DNA of 61,713 bases, filler included, from Sluysia triapertura (GCA_046118255.1; 5 parts of 5 records of this genome joined end to end with filler, not necessarily neighbours in it); one strand, 5' to 3'. Positions 38,488-52,289 are shown, numbered from the whole stretch's first letter. A program made the numbers and translations. The notes: generated by a model not told the origin, from the letters alone.

Positions 38488-38562
38488 AAAGCTATAACCA
38501 AGGAATTTGAATCAAGTGATACTATTGAAAATGTTAAAGCAAAAAGTCAAGCTAAAGAAGGT
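38488..38562 (+). pseudogene. Ubiquitin fragment
   Basis: [25 protein letters not shown] versus ubiquitin [25 protein letters not shown] (residues 11-35). Confidence 0.8.
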
Positions 38563-38669
38563 AATCTTCATTTTTGTTTGTTAAGCTTTGATCATTCTTT
38601 TAGCAAATTACACTGGGGATTTGGTACATCATGTACTATACCATCTATTCAGCAAATTGAATTTCAGTA

Positions 38670-39353
38670 AATATGTAACTGAACTTGTAATCTTTTGGTG
38701 TATGTCAATTTTCATTGGGATTGTACACTTTTGGAAAGAATGCTTAAGTTCTCGTCAACGATGCATCTACGAGGACAGAATTACACCATCAAAAGAAGTT
38801 CTGGAAATAATGACAGACAATTGCACAAGAACACTACTATGCAGTGTTGATCGTATGAATTTTGATTGTTTTTATGTTCTTTTTATAATTGAATTGACCA
38901 TAGTTTTTAATTTTAATCTGATGGTAAACGTCTGGTCATTTTTAGTTTTGCAATATTCTAGCAAGTTAAATGACACTCAAGAAATTAATGTGTCTACGCT
39001 TTTCATAATTATTGTTTTTATTTATTGTACAATCATTAAGTTAACGAAGAAAGTTTATGAGATATTCGTGTTGGAAGAAAAACACGGGTTAAATAAGCGA
39101 ATTACAAGATTTTTCGTTAAAGACTTTATTAAAGGACTCTGTGTAGGTATAATATTAACGTCACTAACTTCATACGGTATTTTGTATATTGTTAAAAAAA
39201 GTGGTCTGTATTTTTATGCTTACGTTTGGATTTTTACAGTCATAGTGACAATTTTTCTTATGTTTATATATCCTGATTCTATGGCACCGTTGTCTGATAA
39301 ATATATTCTATTACCTAAAGGTGAATTAAAAACTAGAATAGAAGACCTATCAC
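38670..39353 (+). pseudogene. ZMPSTE24: CAAX prenyl protease 1 (STE24) intronless copy, N-terminal half, cut by the gap
   Basis: FVLEEKHGLNK..FFVKDFIK, IYPDSMAPLSDKY..LPKGELKTRIEDL and WKECLSSRQR. It has no introns and shows substitutions at normally conserved positions, so it is probably a retrocopy. Confidence 0.8.
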
Positions 39354-39453
39354 NNNNNNNNNNNNNNNNNNNNNNNNNNNNNNNNNNNNNNNNNNNNTTA
39401 ATTAATTAANNNNNNNNNNNNNNNNNNNNNNNNNNNNNNNNNNNNNNNNNNNN
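39354..39453. other. Assembly spacer
   Basis: 44N-TTAATTAATTAA-44N. Confidence 0.95.
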
Positions 39454-39504
39454 TAAAATCATTACATTTAATATATAATTAACTTGATTTAAATCACTTA
39501 AAAA

Positions 39505-39624
39505 ATTCACCTCCAGAATTTAGTTAGTAGGCAAGACCTATCTTTAAAGTAAAGCATTCTTTCTTGTATTAAAAAATCCAACGGCTGGCCCAAACTGGTA
39601 AGTCCAGTACGTTGGTGAACTCAC
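39505..39624 (-). repeat. Structured dispersed repeat, copy B
   Basis: Reverse complement of the copy A core plus a distal TCTGGAGGTGAAT. Confidence 0.85.
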
Positions 39625-40230
39625 GCAAATTTTAATTAATTCTTTATTCTACACTTTTCTCACCGTTGATTTTAAGGAGTGGTTGAATAAAATATTTATT
39701 TAAATGTTATAATAAAATAAATAAAAAAATTTAGATCCATTACAAACACTTAATTTTACAGCTTCATTTTTTCATAGATCTTATTCATGTAGTGAAGTTA
39801 AATTTTGAACACAATATTTCCTCAAAGGATATCAAAACAACTTTCTTATGGAAGAATTAGTCATAAATCAACACACAAATACTTATGAATTTTAAATGAA
39901 CTAATAAATGTCGATAATAAATGTTAATTCCTTCTATGTTTTATTCTAACTTTAGAAACGTTTTGATGATGATAATAAAAGGTACATTAAATACTAATTT
40001 CTTGTTTAAAACAATTTTTAAATAAGATCTTGTTTAAATAAGATCAATTTTTAATTTAATGATTATATTAGAGTGTAAATTTAATTCAAAAAATATGCAT
40101 AAAGTTTAAAAGTTATAATCAGACGTTATATTTTATATATTAAATTAATTATTGCATCTTTTATCATTATAAGACTTTTTATTTAAGATTTGTTTAAATA
40201 ATTTAAATATAATTTAAATATTTTTAGATA

Positions 40231-43200
40231 ATGGATGAAACATTGAAGCTTACAAAAAGATTGGAAAAGTTGTTTAATTCTGATGAGGAGGTATATAAAG
40301 CAATTTCTATATCTACTTTCATAGGACTCAGATGCCATTATAAAATATATGAAAAGGCTAGGTGAAATAGACATGAATATTTTGATTTTAACTAAAACTG
40401 GTGTTGGATTAATTATTAATAAATTTAGAAAGAAAAACAACAATACTCATGTATCTAATGCTGCTAAGCAATTGATTCGTCAGTGGAAGAAATTAGTTCC
40501 AAGTATATTCATTTTTGTTTCTTTAGTTTTAGAATCTGATTCAAAATCAGCTAAGCGTAAACATGAAGACGCAGGATCATCCAAAGGAAGTGATAATGCT
40601 TCTAGTGATGAAGAAAAAACTAAGAAAACGCGTTTAGATATAGATGAAAGCAGCAATCATAGTAGTATATCTGCTTCCGGAAATAAAGAAATGAATATGA
40701 AAAAAGCATCTATTCCTAAATCCACAATATCTCGCCACCAAGAAACGTTTGATCCATTTAGGCTTAAAGCGCGGGAAATGATTTTGAAATCCTTAACACG
40801 AGATGGTTTGTTATCAATTATCAATTTAAATATAGTTTATTCATACATATTTTTGGGTATTTTAACTCTAAATATTAGTTATTTTTTATATTTTTATATG
40901 TAAATTTATATAATTATAGGATTATTTTTTTGATTATTAGTTTTAGTTAATTTTCATATAAACTGTCTTCTAACTCGTTTGTAAATTTTAACTATTTCGT
41001 AAAGTTGATTGTTGATAATTGTTTAACTCTGAAATTTTACAATCACTTAATTCTTAATCAAATAACTTCAATTTATAATTCTTTTATTGGTTTAATGTTA
41101 GATTTCCTTTTGTACTTTTAGCAATGCAGAATATATCAGTGGTTACCACTTTAACTCTGGCTTCGTAAATTTTTATTTTTTTGCTGATGAATTCTTTATA
41201 TCAATTGAAAAACTTTTCTCATCTCTAAATTACTTAATGTAAATTTATCAAATAACTTTTTTTAAAATTAAATTAAGACAACAATTCTGTTTGCATGAAA
41301 TTGATTTCTCTTTCATGATTTTATATTAGAGGTTTACTTAATGCTTTTTATGCAATTATTAATATTAAATTCTCTCAGTTTGGAGGTTTAGTTCAATACT
41401 TGTCCCTGTTCTGAAAGATGAAAGTGCTGGTTAAAGTTTTTATTTTAAAATCTGTAAAATCTTACTTTTCAATCCCTTGAACAAGTATAATTTCATTTGT
41501 TATTAAAACAAGGTATCTTTTTAATTCGTATAAGGTTTGCTAAAATATTACTTATAAATGTTTAAAAAAAATGACACCAAAAATGTAATTATGAACAAAA
41601 AAAATTTCGCGTTCGCAGAAGATTAAACAAAATATTATATTGTGAGAAAGGTAAGTAATAGAATAAAGCAAGTTATATATGTGAGTTCACCAACGTACTG
41701 GGCTTACCAGCTATGGCCAGTTGGATTTTTGTAAGATTAATTTGGAGAAAATATGTCAACAGAGTTCTTCTATCTGGAGGTGAATCCTGTGCCTTTTGTT
41801 ACGTTGATATTAAAAATCTTGATAAGTTAAAATATTTAATCAAAAAATAAAGAATTGAGTTTATTTATTAATTTTAGGTTGATTCCTTTGTAAATGTATC
41901 CGATTTTTTAGATTTTACAGTATGTAAATTAATAAGAAACAATTACAAAGAAAAAATTATACAATGGATTAGTAATAATAACAATAGTAAAATTTACATA
42001 AACTAACTTTTTTCTTAGTTTTATCAAAAAAATTTACAATTTAAAAGAATATTTTTCCACAGATCATTATATGATCCAAATATTAATAGTAATGTTACTT
42101 GTATTTTACTTATGATATAAAATATATCAAACTTAATAATATTAAACTAACGTCACTGGTGAGATCCAGGAACTTTGATTTATAACAACAGCTCAAAAGA
42201 TTTATAAAAATGTTAATAGCTTGTATTACTAACTAGAGTTATTACAACAAAAATCTCTTGTTTATATACTTTTAGTCCGACCTTGGTCAGACTAAAACAA
42301 AATATTAAATTAAAACAAAAATTCAAAATTAAAATTCAAGATTAAAATATTAGATTTAGAATTAGACTAGTAACGTTAGTCTAAGAATTTATAAAATTTT
42401 GATGAAATTATTGATTAAAATTAAAATTCTTACCAAATGAATGTAAAAATTAAAATATTTTCGAATAAATTGAAATATTTTCCGAATAGAATTAATCAAT
42501 AATCATATAAATAGTCAAATTTACAAATAAAGTCTGTATAAATAATCAATAGTCACATTTACAATATATAGTTAATTAATTTTACAAATGAAATTTATAT
42601 TAATGAGTTTACTACAGGAATTTAATAACCAATAAAATGCTTACGTGTATAAAAATTTTTTTTGCAAATTGAAATATTTAATAGTTTAATTGGATCAGAT
42701 AAACTTTATTATATTTTGTGTGATCACTTTTTTTACACGTATTGCTTATGCAAGTGTTTTATTTGAAAATAAGTTAGATCACACTTTCAAAATAATCTGG
42801 AGGTTAGTTCGTATAATAGACACGACTTAAATCTGTAAAAAATGCGTACCACTTGGATTATAATACGTTGTAATTTAGAAGTAATTACGAAACTTGAGAA
42901 TTAACAAGTCGTTGCTTGCCGGAGCTTAATCGCGAATACTATAATTGATTACTAACTTTAAGTCAGCTTGTTACGGTCTGACAAATACGTCAAAAGTTCA
43001 AAGAAATTAATGTTTATGAAATAAATTTAACAATTATTTACTATATATTCACTTCAAACAATGTAACTTAATTAATTCAACACAAAAAATATAATAACTT
43101 ATAATAGCAATAATTAGTTCTTAAAAATTTTATTATCACTTTAACTTAGCCTTTTTACAATCTAGGAAAGTTAATAAAGTTTAAGTGAATTTTATTTTAT

Positions 43201-44393
43201 GCAAGTTAATATCAGAAATTCAAAATTTATTTCAAATAATCGTACTTTTTTGGCATTATTTACATCATCATCATTGAAGGTTAGATTCGATATTCTTAGC
43301 TTTGACTACTTCTATTTAGTTGGCTTTTTTCTGCCGCCATATTAACTATTTACAACTGCATATTAATTACTTGAAAGAAACAAAATTTAGAATTTTCTTT
43401 ATCTAATAATTTAATTTTTTTAATTTTAATAATTTTTTATTTAATTTTTTAAAAAAGTGTGATATATTTTATATGTATAGAAATTTAATAATTTACATTT
43501 TAATTTTAATTTATACCTTCAATATTTTATTAATATAATAAATATAGGGATTTAAAAAAGAAAAATATTTTACAATATTTTATAATAAAAATAATTACAG
43601 ATACATTTTTACACAAAAATTTTGTAAATCAAATTCAACATTTATTATTTTGGTTATTAATTTTTATGTTTATTTAATCGAATTTTTATTCTTATTAAAT
43701 ACATAAAAATACAATCATAAATTATTAATGTATAGTTTATTATTCATTAACCCTTACGTGTACAACGTTTACCAAACTTGGTCAAGTTTGTCAATAAGTT
43801 ATATTGTTATATTTATGTTTAAAAATTTTGCTGCTCCGATACATTTTTATCAACAGTCATTACAATTGTATTTAAGATATAAAGATATAATTTTTTTAAA
43901 ATTTACAGAAATACCGGAAGGATCATTTGATCCTGATTACTTATCTGTACAAATCGAGACAGCAATTTATAATATATTTCTTAATACTGATAAAGACTAT
44001 AAGCAAAGAGTTCGGACCAGAGTTATGAATTTGAGAGATCAAAATAATCCAGAGTTACGCTTTAATGTACTCACAGGTTCTTTTTCTGCAGAAAAATTGG
44101 CAAATTGCACTTCGGAAGTTTGTTAACAAATTTTTCTAAATTGGTAAATAATTGTATTTTATTAGGAGATGGCAAGTAAGGAGATGAAACAATTGCGAGC
44201 TAATTACATGAAAGAAATTATAAATGAATCCCAATTGGCTGTTGGTGGCGGTACTGAAAGTAGTATTTTAAAGTGTCCTCGATGTCGCAAAACTCGTTGT
44301 AGCTATAATCAAGTGCAAACGAGATCTGCAGATGAACCAATGACTACCTTTGCTTTCTGTAATGAATGTGGGCATCGGTGGAAATTTAATTAA
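40231..44393 (+). CDS. TCEA1: Transcription elongation factor TFIIS, 5 exons, ~315 aa
   Basis: Exons 40231-40290, 40325-40502, 40533-40805, 43909-44117 and 44166-44393 all have GT-AG boundaries and compatible phases (948 nt). Motifs: N-terminal LTKTGVG..WKKL, central [14 protein letters not shown] and the Zn ribbon [12 protein letters not shown]. Confidence 0.96.
41681..41785 (+). repeat. Structured dispersed repeat, copy C (in TFIIS intron 3)
   Basis: The same core plus a distal TCTGGAGGTGAAT at 41773. Confidence 0.85.
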
Positions 44394-46835
44394 TTTATAT
44401 TAATCATGGTGAATGTGTATATATCCGTTTTATTGCTACGGCTATTTATTGGCATTATCCATTTTAAATTTACGTTGTTAAAATTGCTATAGTGAAACTT
44501 GTCTGTATATATTCGATTTAGTGCAATGTTCAGCAATAATTCGATTTAAATTAAGTGATAGTTCTATAAAATGATAATATATTTAGAGTTTATCAAATTT
44601 GAAAATTTAATCTTATTTTTAGGTTATGATTATATTTTTCAGGGCAGTATTTAAAATCGCTCATAATGTATGTAACATAAATATGTAAAATTTATGATAA
44701 ATACAATGACTTCTGTTTCTAAAATAATAAATCTGTTTTGTATTACAGTGTTTCATAATTATTAAACAAAGCGTTTACAAATAAATATATTGTGTAACTT
44801 TTCAATTATTTTAATTTTCATGTTTGAGAGAGATAAATTGTAACCTACATTATTGAAATTTATTATCTTTACTTTTTATGTCGAGTTAAAGGCTTTAAAT
44901 CGGTTTGAGTCATTCTGATATTTTTGAGGTACGCATTGAATGATAGAGGTATATTTCATGCTTTTAGTATAATTTCAAGTTAGTAATCCATTATCTAAAA
45001 GTACACTTAAGGTTAGTTCCATTTAAAATATATCCTATGATAACATTTATAACTAGCTTACAAATTTTACTTACTGAATTACGCATAAATTTATAATGTT
45101 AATAAGTGTAATAAAACAAGTTTTAATTTTCACGTTAAATATTTTAATGCTTAAATTTTAAGAAAAAAATACATTTTTCTATTTCATTAAATTTAGTTTT
45201 GCATTAATTTCAGAATTATAGTTGACATTTTCATATGTAAGTCTTGAATATTTTTTAACCAAAAATTTCTCTATCGAAATCATTAAAACCCTACCAATGA
45301 CAAAAGGTAATAATTTAAAGAGTGTTGAATTAAACTAGGGATAGATAATAATAATGTGGTAATAAATTTAAAAGAACTTTATAATATTTCAAATAAAGAC
45401 TAATTGTGGCATAATAAAACCACGCATGAATTTGATATAAATATTGCTAAATAGTGCGTATGAACAATAAACTTATTAAATAATAACTTTTTATGGGATA
45501 ATGTAGAATAACAGTAATTGACACATTGTGTAATTTTTTTAATTAACTTCCAGCAAAATAAATTGAAGCAATATCGGCTTAAAATGTGCAGTAGTAGTGC
45601 CTGTAACCATATTTAACTTTACTCTTAAATTCTAATTTGAACTTATGTGGTTACAATTTACATTTACAATTGTTCGCTTTCCTAGCCTAAACAATTATGA
45701 AAGTTATAAAACAAAAATGGGTTTGCCTACGTAATGCGCTTTATCTTAAAAAAGGACGCTTTCGTAGAATTTAATCGACGTAAAAGCTTAATAAAGAGTG
45801 TCGAAATTACTTTTCACAATTAATAATATATCAAATATTCATACATGTTACTTAATCTTATTCTATGAAGTATTTTGATAAATTACTGTGCGAAGGGATT
45901 CTTAACACTTTCGGAGTAATGAGAGTTAATTTAAATTCTTAATTCTCTATTCAATTATTTAAATTCTTATCGATTTTAATTTTATACTTTCTAATCGGTT
46001 TTAATTTTATATTTAATTTTATAAACTTTACAAAGCTAAAAGCTTTATAACGACTAAAAGAAAATTTATTAATTCAGAAAATATAAACAAAATTAAAAAT
46101 AATATAATATGAACAACAAATAATAATGTATATAACACAAATGATAATTTAAGATTAATTTAACCCAGAGGTAATCTTTGGGTATATTAAATGAAGAAAT
46201 TTAAGTTAAATGTTAAGACATGATATTTATGTCCAAACTTAACATGAATAAGCTTACTTAGATTTCAATCGTGCTTGTCGTATTCCAAATTCCCAAATTG
46301 GATATTGTCGTTTTCCTTATGATACAGTGCGTCCATTAATTTTTTTTAAAACTAAGAACCTCCTTTGTATACCACTAAATTATCTATCAAATTATTGTCG
46401 CTAAAGTCAAATGTTACCTCTTCGTGTTCGTGTATGATTAAATTCCAATGACTAATTTCAAATATTTGTAAAATTGTTTAAATTCAAATTCCAATTATTT
46501 AAAAATAAATGATTATACTAATAAAGTTTTATTTATAGATTAGAATTTCCGTAATGCATTTTTTTGACTTAAATATTTAAATTAAATTTCAATAAACATT
46601 AGTATTTTATATTATTAATTATTAATTAACATTTAAAATAATGGCAAATTTTTGCAAATATATACAATTATAATAGTAAATTTTTTTTTCAAATATACAC
46701 ATAATATTTACAAATACTTCCCCATTAGGGAAGATTCGTCTCGAATCAAAATAAATATAAAATGTAAGACACGCTAATAATTATCTAAATCAACTTCTGA
46801 GTCACTACTCCACGGTGTTGGGTCCGCTGGACTAG

Positions 46836-48105
46836 TCATTGATTGATATTTGCTACGTTTCCACGGTGGAAAAGGAAATTCTGACCCATAGGATACTCGT
46901 GTTGGTCGTGGAGAAGTTGTGTTTTCTTCGGTTGTGGTGGAGACGACATGGGTGATGGTGATGGTTTAGATTTTTTAGTAGTTGAAGATTCTGGTTTCGA
47001 TGCCGACGGGGAAACGGATGATGATGCTGTTGCCAAGGACACATGTGTTGTTGATGGAGTAACCGACGGTGCCATGAGAGTGTTGGAAATAGAAGTAGAA
47101 AAAAGAGTAGGTGGAGGAAGCGAGCAGTTTGGAATAAAGGTTAAGTCTTTAGCGTATTAAATCTAGTAGAGCGACCAACTCGAAAGATATTCGGGAGCAA
47201 GTCATTCGAGGAGGAATGGGATAGAGCAATCGAAAAGTTTGTCGCCCCCTCAAAATTGCGTTATCTGTATTATAAGATAAAAGATTATTATTGGACAGGT
47301 TAATAAGTCCTTTGAGCCAGCCGAAAGGTATGTTTAAATCATGGGTTTAAGGACACCATGATCTTATCGTGAAGGTGTCCCAGAAGAAAAGGACGAACAT
47401 CGTCGATATTTTTTGCCTCAGAAATGTCAGAATCTTTCATTTCCTGCACATCCCGTACGAAATTCTTAACACGTAAACGGGGTTTTATGTTTATGTCAGT
47501 GTGGTACTGTCTGGAGTAAGGGACGCAAGAAATCTGAGTAATATGGGGGAAATTCGAAAAGTCATAAGCGTACGAATACGCGATGAACACCAATCGGTCC
47601 TCATCATAGGCCGACATTGGGGGAACGTGAGTAAACGACCTTCCGTTCTGCCAACGTGCCAAGTTAGCGATATCTTCCTTATACAGATTGTGGAGAAAAG
47701 ATTGGAAGGAGGAAGGCGGCAACAGAAATAGTAAGGCAATTAACGTGAGTTATTCCGTAGCCTCAACAACGATATTACACTTTTTATGCATATTAGAAAC
47801 GTGCAATGAAGTAAACATGTGGACACGAGTAATGAATGGAACAGCCAAATACAAGAATCTATTTCATCTGGAATTTCAGATAGTCCATCTAATGATACGA
47901 AAGGCTTCAAAGAAAAAATATGAGTGGCCAAGTTGAGATTTAATTCCGATTTCAGATTATTGGGGGTCTCAACAGAACAGGAGAAAAAGGCTGGGGTAAC
48001 ACATGGTAAAACTTGTCCACATGGACATAAAAATTTTTTGGTTGATTCAGTAATTTCGCCTGCATCTTTTCTATATAGAGGAAAAGAAAACATAAAATTG
48101 TACAA
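46836..48105 (-). pseudogene. Fragmented GC-richer intronless ORF with a Ser/Thr/Pro-rich C-terminus
   Basis: ORFs 47740-48105, 47339-47722 and 46836-47075 are consecutive on one strand. There is a sharp GC increase relative to the flanks. Confidence 0.45.
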
Positions 48106-48749
48106 AAAAAATTATAATTAAGTAAGCTTATTAAAATTGTTTAATTTTATATTATAATAAAAAAATTGACTTTAGGAAGACTTAATATTTCTTTTTTAGG
48201 AAAGGATTAGTAGGTTTTGAAAATTTAGGTGTTTTTAATTCTTTCTGCTTGTAAAAGTGTTTTAACTGACGCCTTCTCGGTTGCGTCTTTGTGACTTAGT
48301 TAAGTTTTTTGGAAAATTAGGTGGTTTTACCCATCCGTTTTTACTAATATTATTTTTTCTCATAAGTGACTCCGGTTGATATAAATCAATGCCGGGTTCT
48401 TCTGAATCGTTTGTTATATATTTGATCGTGAACTCGTACGATCGGGGAAGGAACGCTTATAGCAAATGTCACATTTATTAATGGTAGTTCTGCACAGTGG
48501 ACAATTTGGTAAAGGTATTGGAGAAGATTCAAAAAGATGGTAAAGACAAAAGAAGTGGAAACGGTGAAAACAAGGGGTGGTTTTAGCAAAATATTTACAA
48601 AGAGAGCGAAGACAGATGGCACATGTTTAAAAAGACATTATTGGTTGTTCTAGCTAAAATGAAAATATATAAAAGATAATAAATAGTATTAGAAAATTAA
48701 AAAGAAAAATCTTAAACTTAAATAAAATTTTAAGTAATAGTTTAGTTTG

Positions 48750-49553
48750 TGCATGACCCGAGATGATCCTTACTATATTACAAAATTAATTTTATAATTT
48801 TAATATCACATATGACCCTTATGTTCCTATCCCTACCGATAGTGGTCGAACTAATGTTCTTACGCTTGCCATACGTTATATTCGTACCATTGTTATTAAT
48901 TTGAAGCATTTTATCTGATTTCGTATCCGAATCATTTTCGTTTTTATCTATAATTGGTACCTGCACGTTGTGATACCTAATTGTTGGCCAGAATCCTTTA
49001 GAATTAAGTATTTCTGTTTTTCTTATTATCCAGAACTTGACAAACATGAGTTTATTATTCGGAATATGATATAAGCGAATAGTTTCATTAGGCAATATTA
49101 TTCCATAACGTAAACCATTACTCAATTCGTAAGCCATCAATAACGTATTATTATATAGCGGATTATTAGATAGCGATAGATGATCATTGGAAACTGAACT
49201 ACTATTGAAGATTGTCGAAAAACAAATGGTTTAGTTCTTATCTTGTACTATCGTATTAAAATAGTCCTGGAGTCACTTTGGGAGTCATATTCTAATTCCA
49301 TAGTTATTGTTACACTAATTAGTTGATATTCAGCAAGATCGATAAACGATATGAACCAATAGGAATCCTGTTTACTTGCTCTTATCCCAATTTCACACCA
49401 ATCCATTGTACAACATTTTATTCGGGCCGAAAAGAACTTCATTTTGTCAATTAATATTCTAGCGTATATGTCTTTTTGAGTAGAGACATAATTTGTACTT
49501 GATACACAAGATAGGTAGATACATATCAAGATTGTAGATTTTACTTGAGTCAT
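48750..49553 (-). pseudogene. Secreted glycoprotein-like ORF, disrupted
   Basis: Signal peptide MTQVKSTILICIYLSCVSS. The continuation at 48778-49140 has NET, NDS, NGT, NIT and NIS sequons. Confidence 0.45.
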
Positions 49554-49596
49554 TTGCCAATCTCCGTATATGAGCGGTATTTGATTGTTTGTAGCT

Positions 49597-50268
49597 TATT
49601 CGTAAATTGGAGGTGGGAGTATTGGCATACCTGGAGGACCATAATTGTTTCTATGTGGAACTGTATACGTATCGTCATTATTATTGTTATGTGGTAGACA
49701 GATATCGACATCTATTCGAAACAAACATAATAATAGTTAATACCACTATAGCTAGAGCAATTACGAATAGTATTGCCGCCACAATTAGTATCATTAACGC
49801 TGGATCATCCCGTAATACCTCCAATATTGTTAGATGTTTTCTTGTTCCTTTAAATGCAAAGGGCAAGTATTTTGATGAATGACGGTATTTCACTATAATA
49901 TGTCTATCTTCAACAGGTAAAATATCTGAGCAAACCGTGACTGGATACCTTAATTCGTATATAACCCATGAGCTAAAGTTAAGTCTAGCAGGTTTCAAAC
50001 ATGCAAATTTAGCGTGAATGTTTTCATTCAATATTTTAACTTTTACTTCATTGTTTCTATTATAGAATTCTAAATACTCCGTTTTAAAAGATAGTTCGTG
50101 ACATTGAACTACTGTAATTATCGTAATCAAAATCAAAGGTATAAGATTTTTATTATTCGCGGGGATCCGTATTTTCTTACCTATTTGGTACAAATAGAGT
50201 ATGGTCCAAAATATATATAATAACGTAAAAATTAGTAATAAAATAAAGAATTTATAAGAGTGTTCCAT
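49597..50268 (-). CDS. Membrane protein (193-aa ORF; probable frameshifted cytoplasmic tail ending PPPIYE)
   Basis: Two N-terminal hydrophobic segments and a strong C-terminal TM helix (LMILIVAAILFVIALAIVVLTIIMF). An alternative frame continues ICLPHNNNNDDTYTVPHRNNYGPPGMPILPPPIYE*. Confidence 0.55.
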
Positions 50269-50596
50269 TGTACCTTTTGCAGTTGAAATTACCTATTGAT
50301 TTCTTAATTGTACCATAATTAGATAAGGTTGTCTGTATTTTCGTTGTTTCTTCATTTCTCAACTGTTCTATTTGCTTAATAAATTTCCAGATGTTCCGTG
50401 TATTTCTTGGAGTGTCAAAAAAGAAAGTTATTAGGATTGGCCTATAACCGTAATGTAGACAATGTGGGATACCGTCTAAATTATGTGGTTTTCCCACTAG
50501 TAATGGCTTCAAATAGATACAATAAATTTCGAATTTGTGTCGAAGAATCATTTTCTTAGAGATGAATTCGAATTTCCAATATTGATTGTAAACATC
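50252..50596 (-). CDS. Orphan ORF overlapping the next ORF by 17 nt; 5' part possibly lost in the gap
   Basis: 99-aa ORF at 50252-50551, abutting the contig end. Confidence 0.35.
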   Translation of the reverse strand, partial: DVYNQYWKFEFISKKMILRHKFEIYCIYLKPLLVGKPHNLDGIPHCLHYGYRPILITFFFDTPRNTRNIWKFIKQIEQLRNEETTKIQTTLSNYGTIKKSIGNFNCKRYNGTLL

Positions 50597-50696
50597 NNNN
50601 NNNNNNNNNNNNNNNNNNNNNNNNNNNNNNNNNNNNNNNNTTAATTAATTAANNNNNNNNNNNNNNNNNNNNNNNNNNNNNNNNNNNNNNNNNNNN
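50597..50696. other. Assembly spacer
   Basis: 44N-TTAATTAATTAA-44N. Confidence 0.95.
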
Positions 50697-50710
50697 AATA
50701 TAAATTAATA

Positions 50711-50773
<63 letters not shown>

Positions 50774-52289
50774 AAAATTTCAAATTTTGATTAAAATATT
50801 AAAATGAATCATTATAAAAACAAAAAATACTAAACCGAAATACATCTAATTAATAATACTGCTTTGTAATATTATTTCTATGTATTTTAATACAGTATTT
50901 GTGTAATATTATCAGTAAAGCCTCAATATTTCAAATAATCCCAATAGTGTTTCTCGATCTATTAAACATAAAAAAGCACACCACGTTGCTTAATTAAATT
51001 ATAATGTCTTAATTTTAATTAACAGTTTTATTCAAAGAAAATTTAAAACTATCATTCAATTTTTACATAATATAAAAAATAATATTAAATAAAATACATT
51101 AAAATAGTTTAATGAATTTTTTAATAAATTCTTTGACTTTTCACAATCCCTTTAGGACTATCACTGTTTGATAACAATAAATGAAAAGTATTTATTGTTG
51201 ATTTGTTGTATAGTTACATATTGTGCATTTGTTTGATGTGTATGTGCTTCTTGTATCTGAAGTTTCTGTAATAAGTACTATAAAACTTATACTTGTTTTA
51301 AATTCGTTTAAATGTATGTTTACTTTATGAGGAATATTTGAAGACCAGACGTGTATCATTGAATTATTAACAGTGTACTTCATAGAGACAATGTAAGTTT
51401 CAAAGATTATGATGGACTAACTTCAGAAGTTGAAGACATAATAATAGATACATTACATTGAAAGTTTGGTTAGTTATATTCGATATTACATTTTTTATTA
51501 ATATTAAGTATATATGAATGTTTACTTTTATTTACAAATAACTATTGCTTGATATTCTTGTTCATCTAAAAGTTTTTGGTTCAGATTTATTTCAATATGA
51601 ATGCAAATTAAGCAAATTTAGTTAAACAGTAAATCATTATGATTTTCAATATCAAAGATTTTTTTAAGATTGTTTACTTGAGGAGTCAGAATTGCCCAAG
51701 ACAAATAAATAAAAAATAGTTTATATGTAATAACAATATTAAGACAATAATTATAAAAATGAACTTTAAAAGTCATGAAAATAATAACCTTTAGGTAATA
51801 ATAAAGAAACGGAATCATAAAATTCTACCACCATCCTTTGGCATTGCTCTGAAACAAACTCAGCTGTAAATTATATACGAATAATACTTCTGTGCGCAAT
51901 TAAGTTGTAGCAAAATACCGCTTATATATGTCAGCAAAACAAGTTGTGTTTCATGTTATATAATAGGTTAGTAAACTTTGGTGATAGGTATAGATGCATA
52001 ACAAAATGTCCCATAAAAATTTAATGTCATTTCTAAACAACTATGCGAAGAATTATTAATCACAATTCTTTTTTTACTTAACTTCTCACGAAATTTCATA
52101 AATAAAAATTTTACTACTTTAAAAGCATGATCATAATGAGTACATAATTTGTTTTTAGGTATAAACGAAAAAGTAGCATAAGAATTTTGTAGTAACAACA
52201 TTAGGTAACAAAGCACATGAATTATTAAAATTATTCTAATTTAACTTTTAATGCGTTTTGGTCATATTTATTCCATTTATCTTCTGTAG

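Noticed and set aside
46948-48121. Plus-strand ORFs in the GC-rich block
   Set aside because: Probably antisense shadows of the longer, consecutive minus-strand frames.
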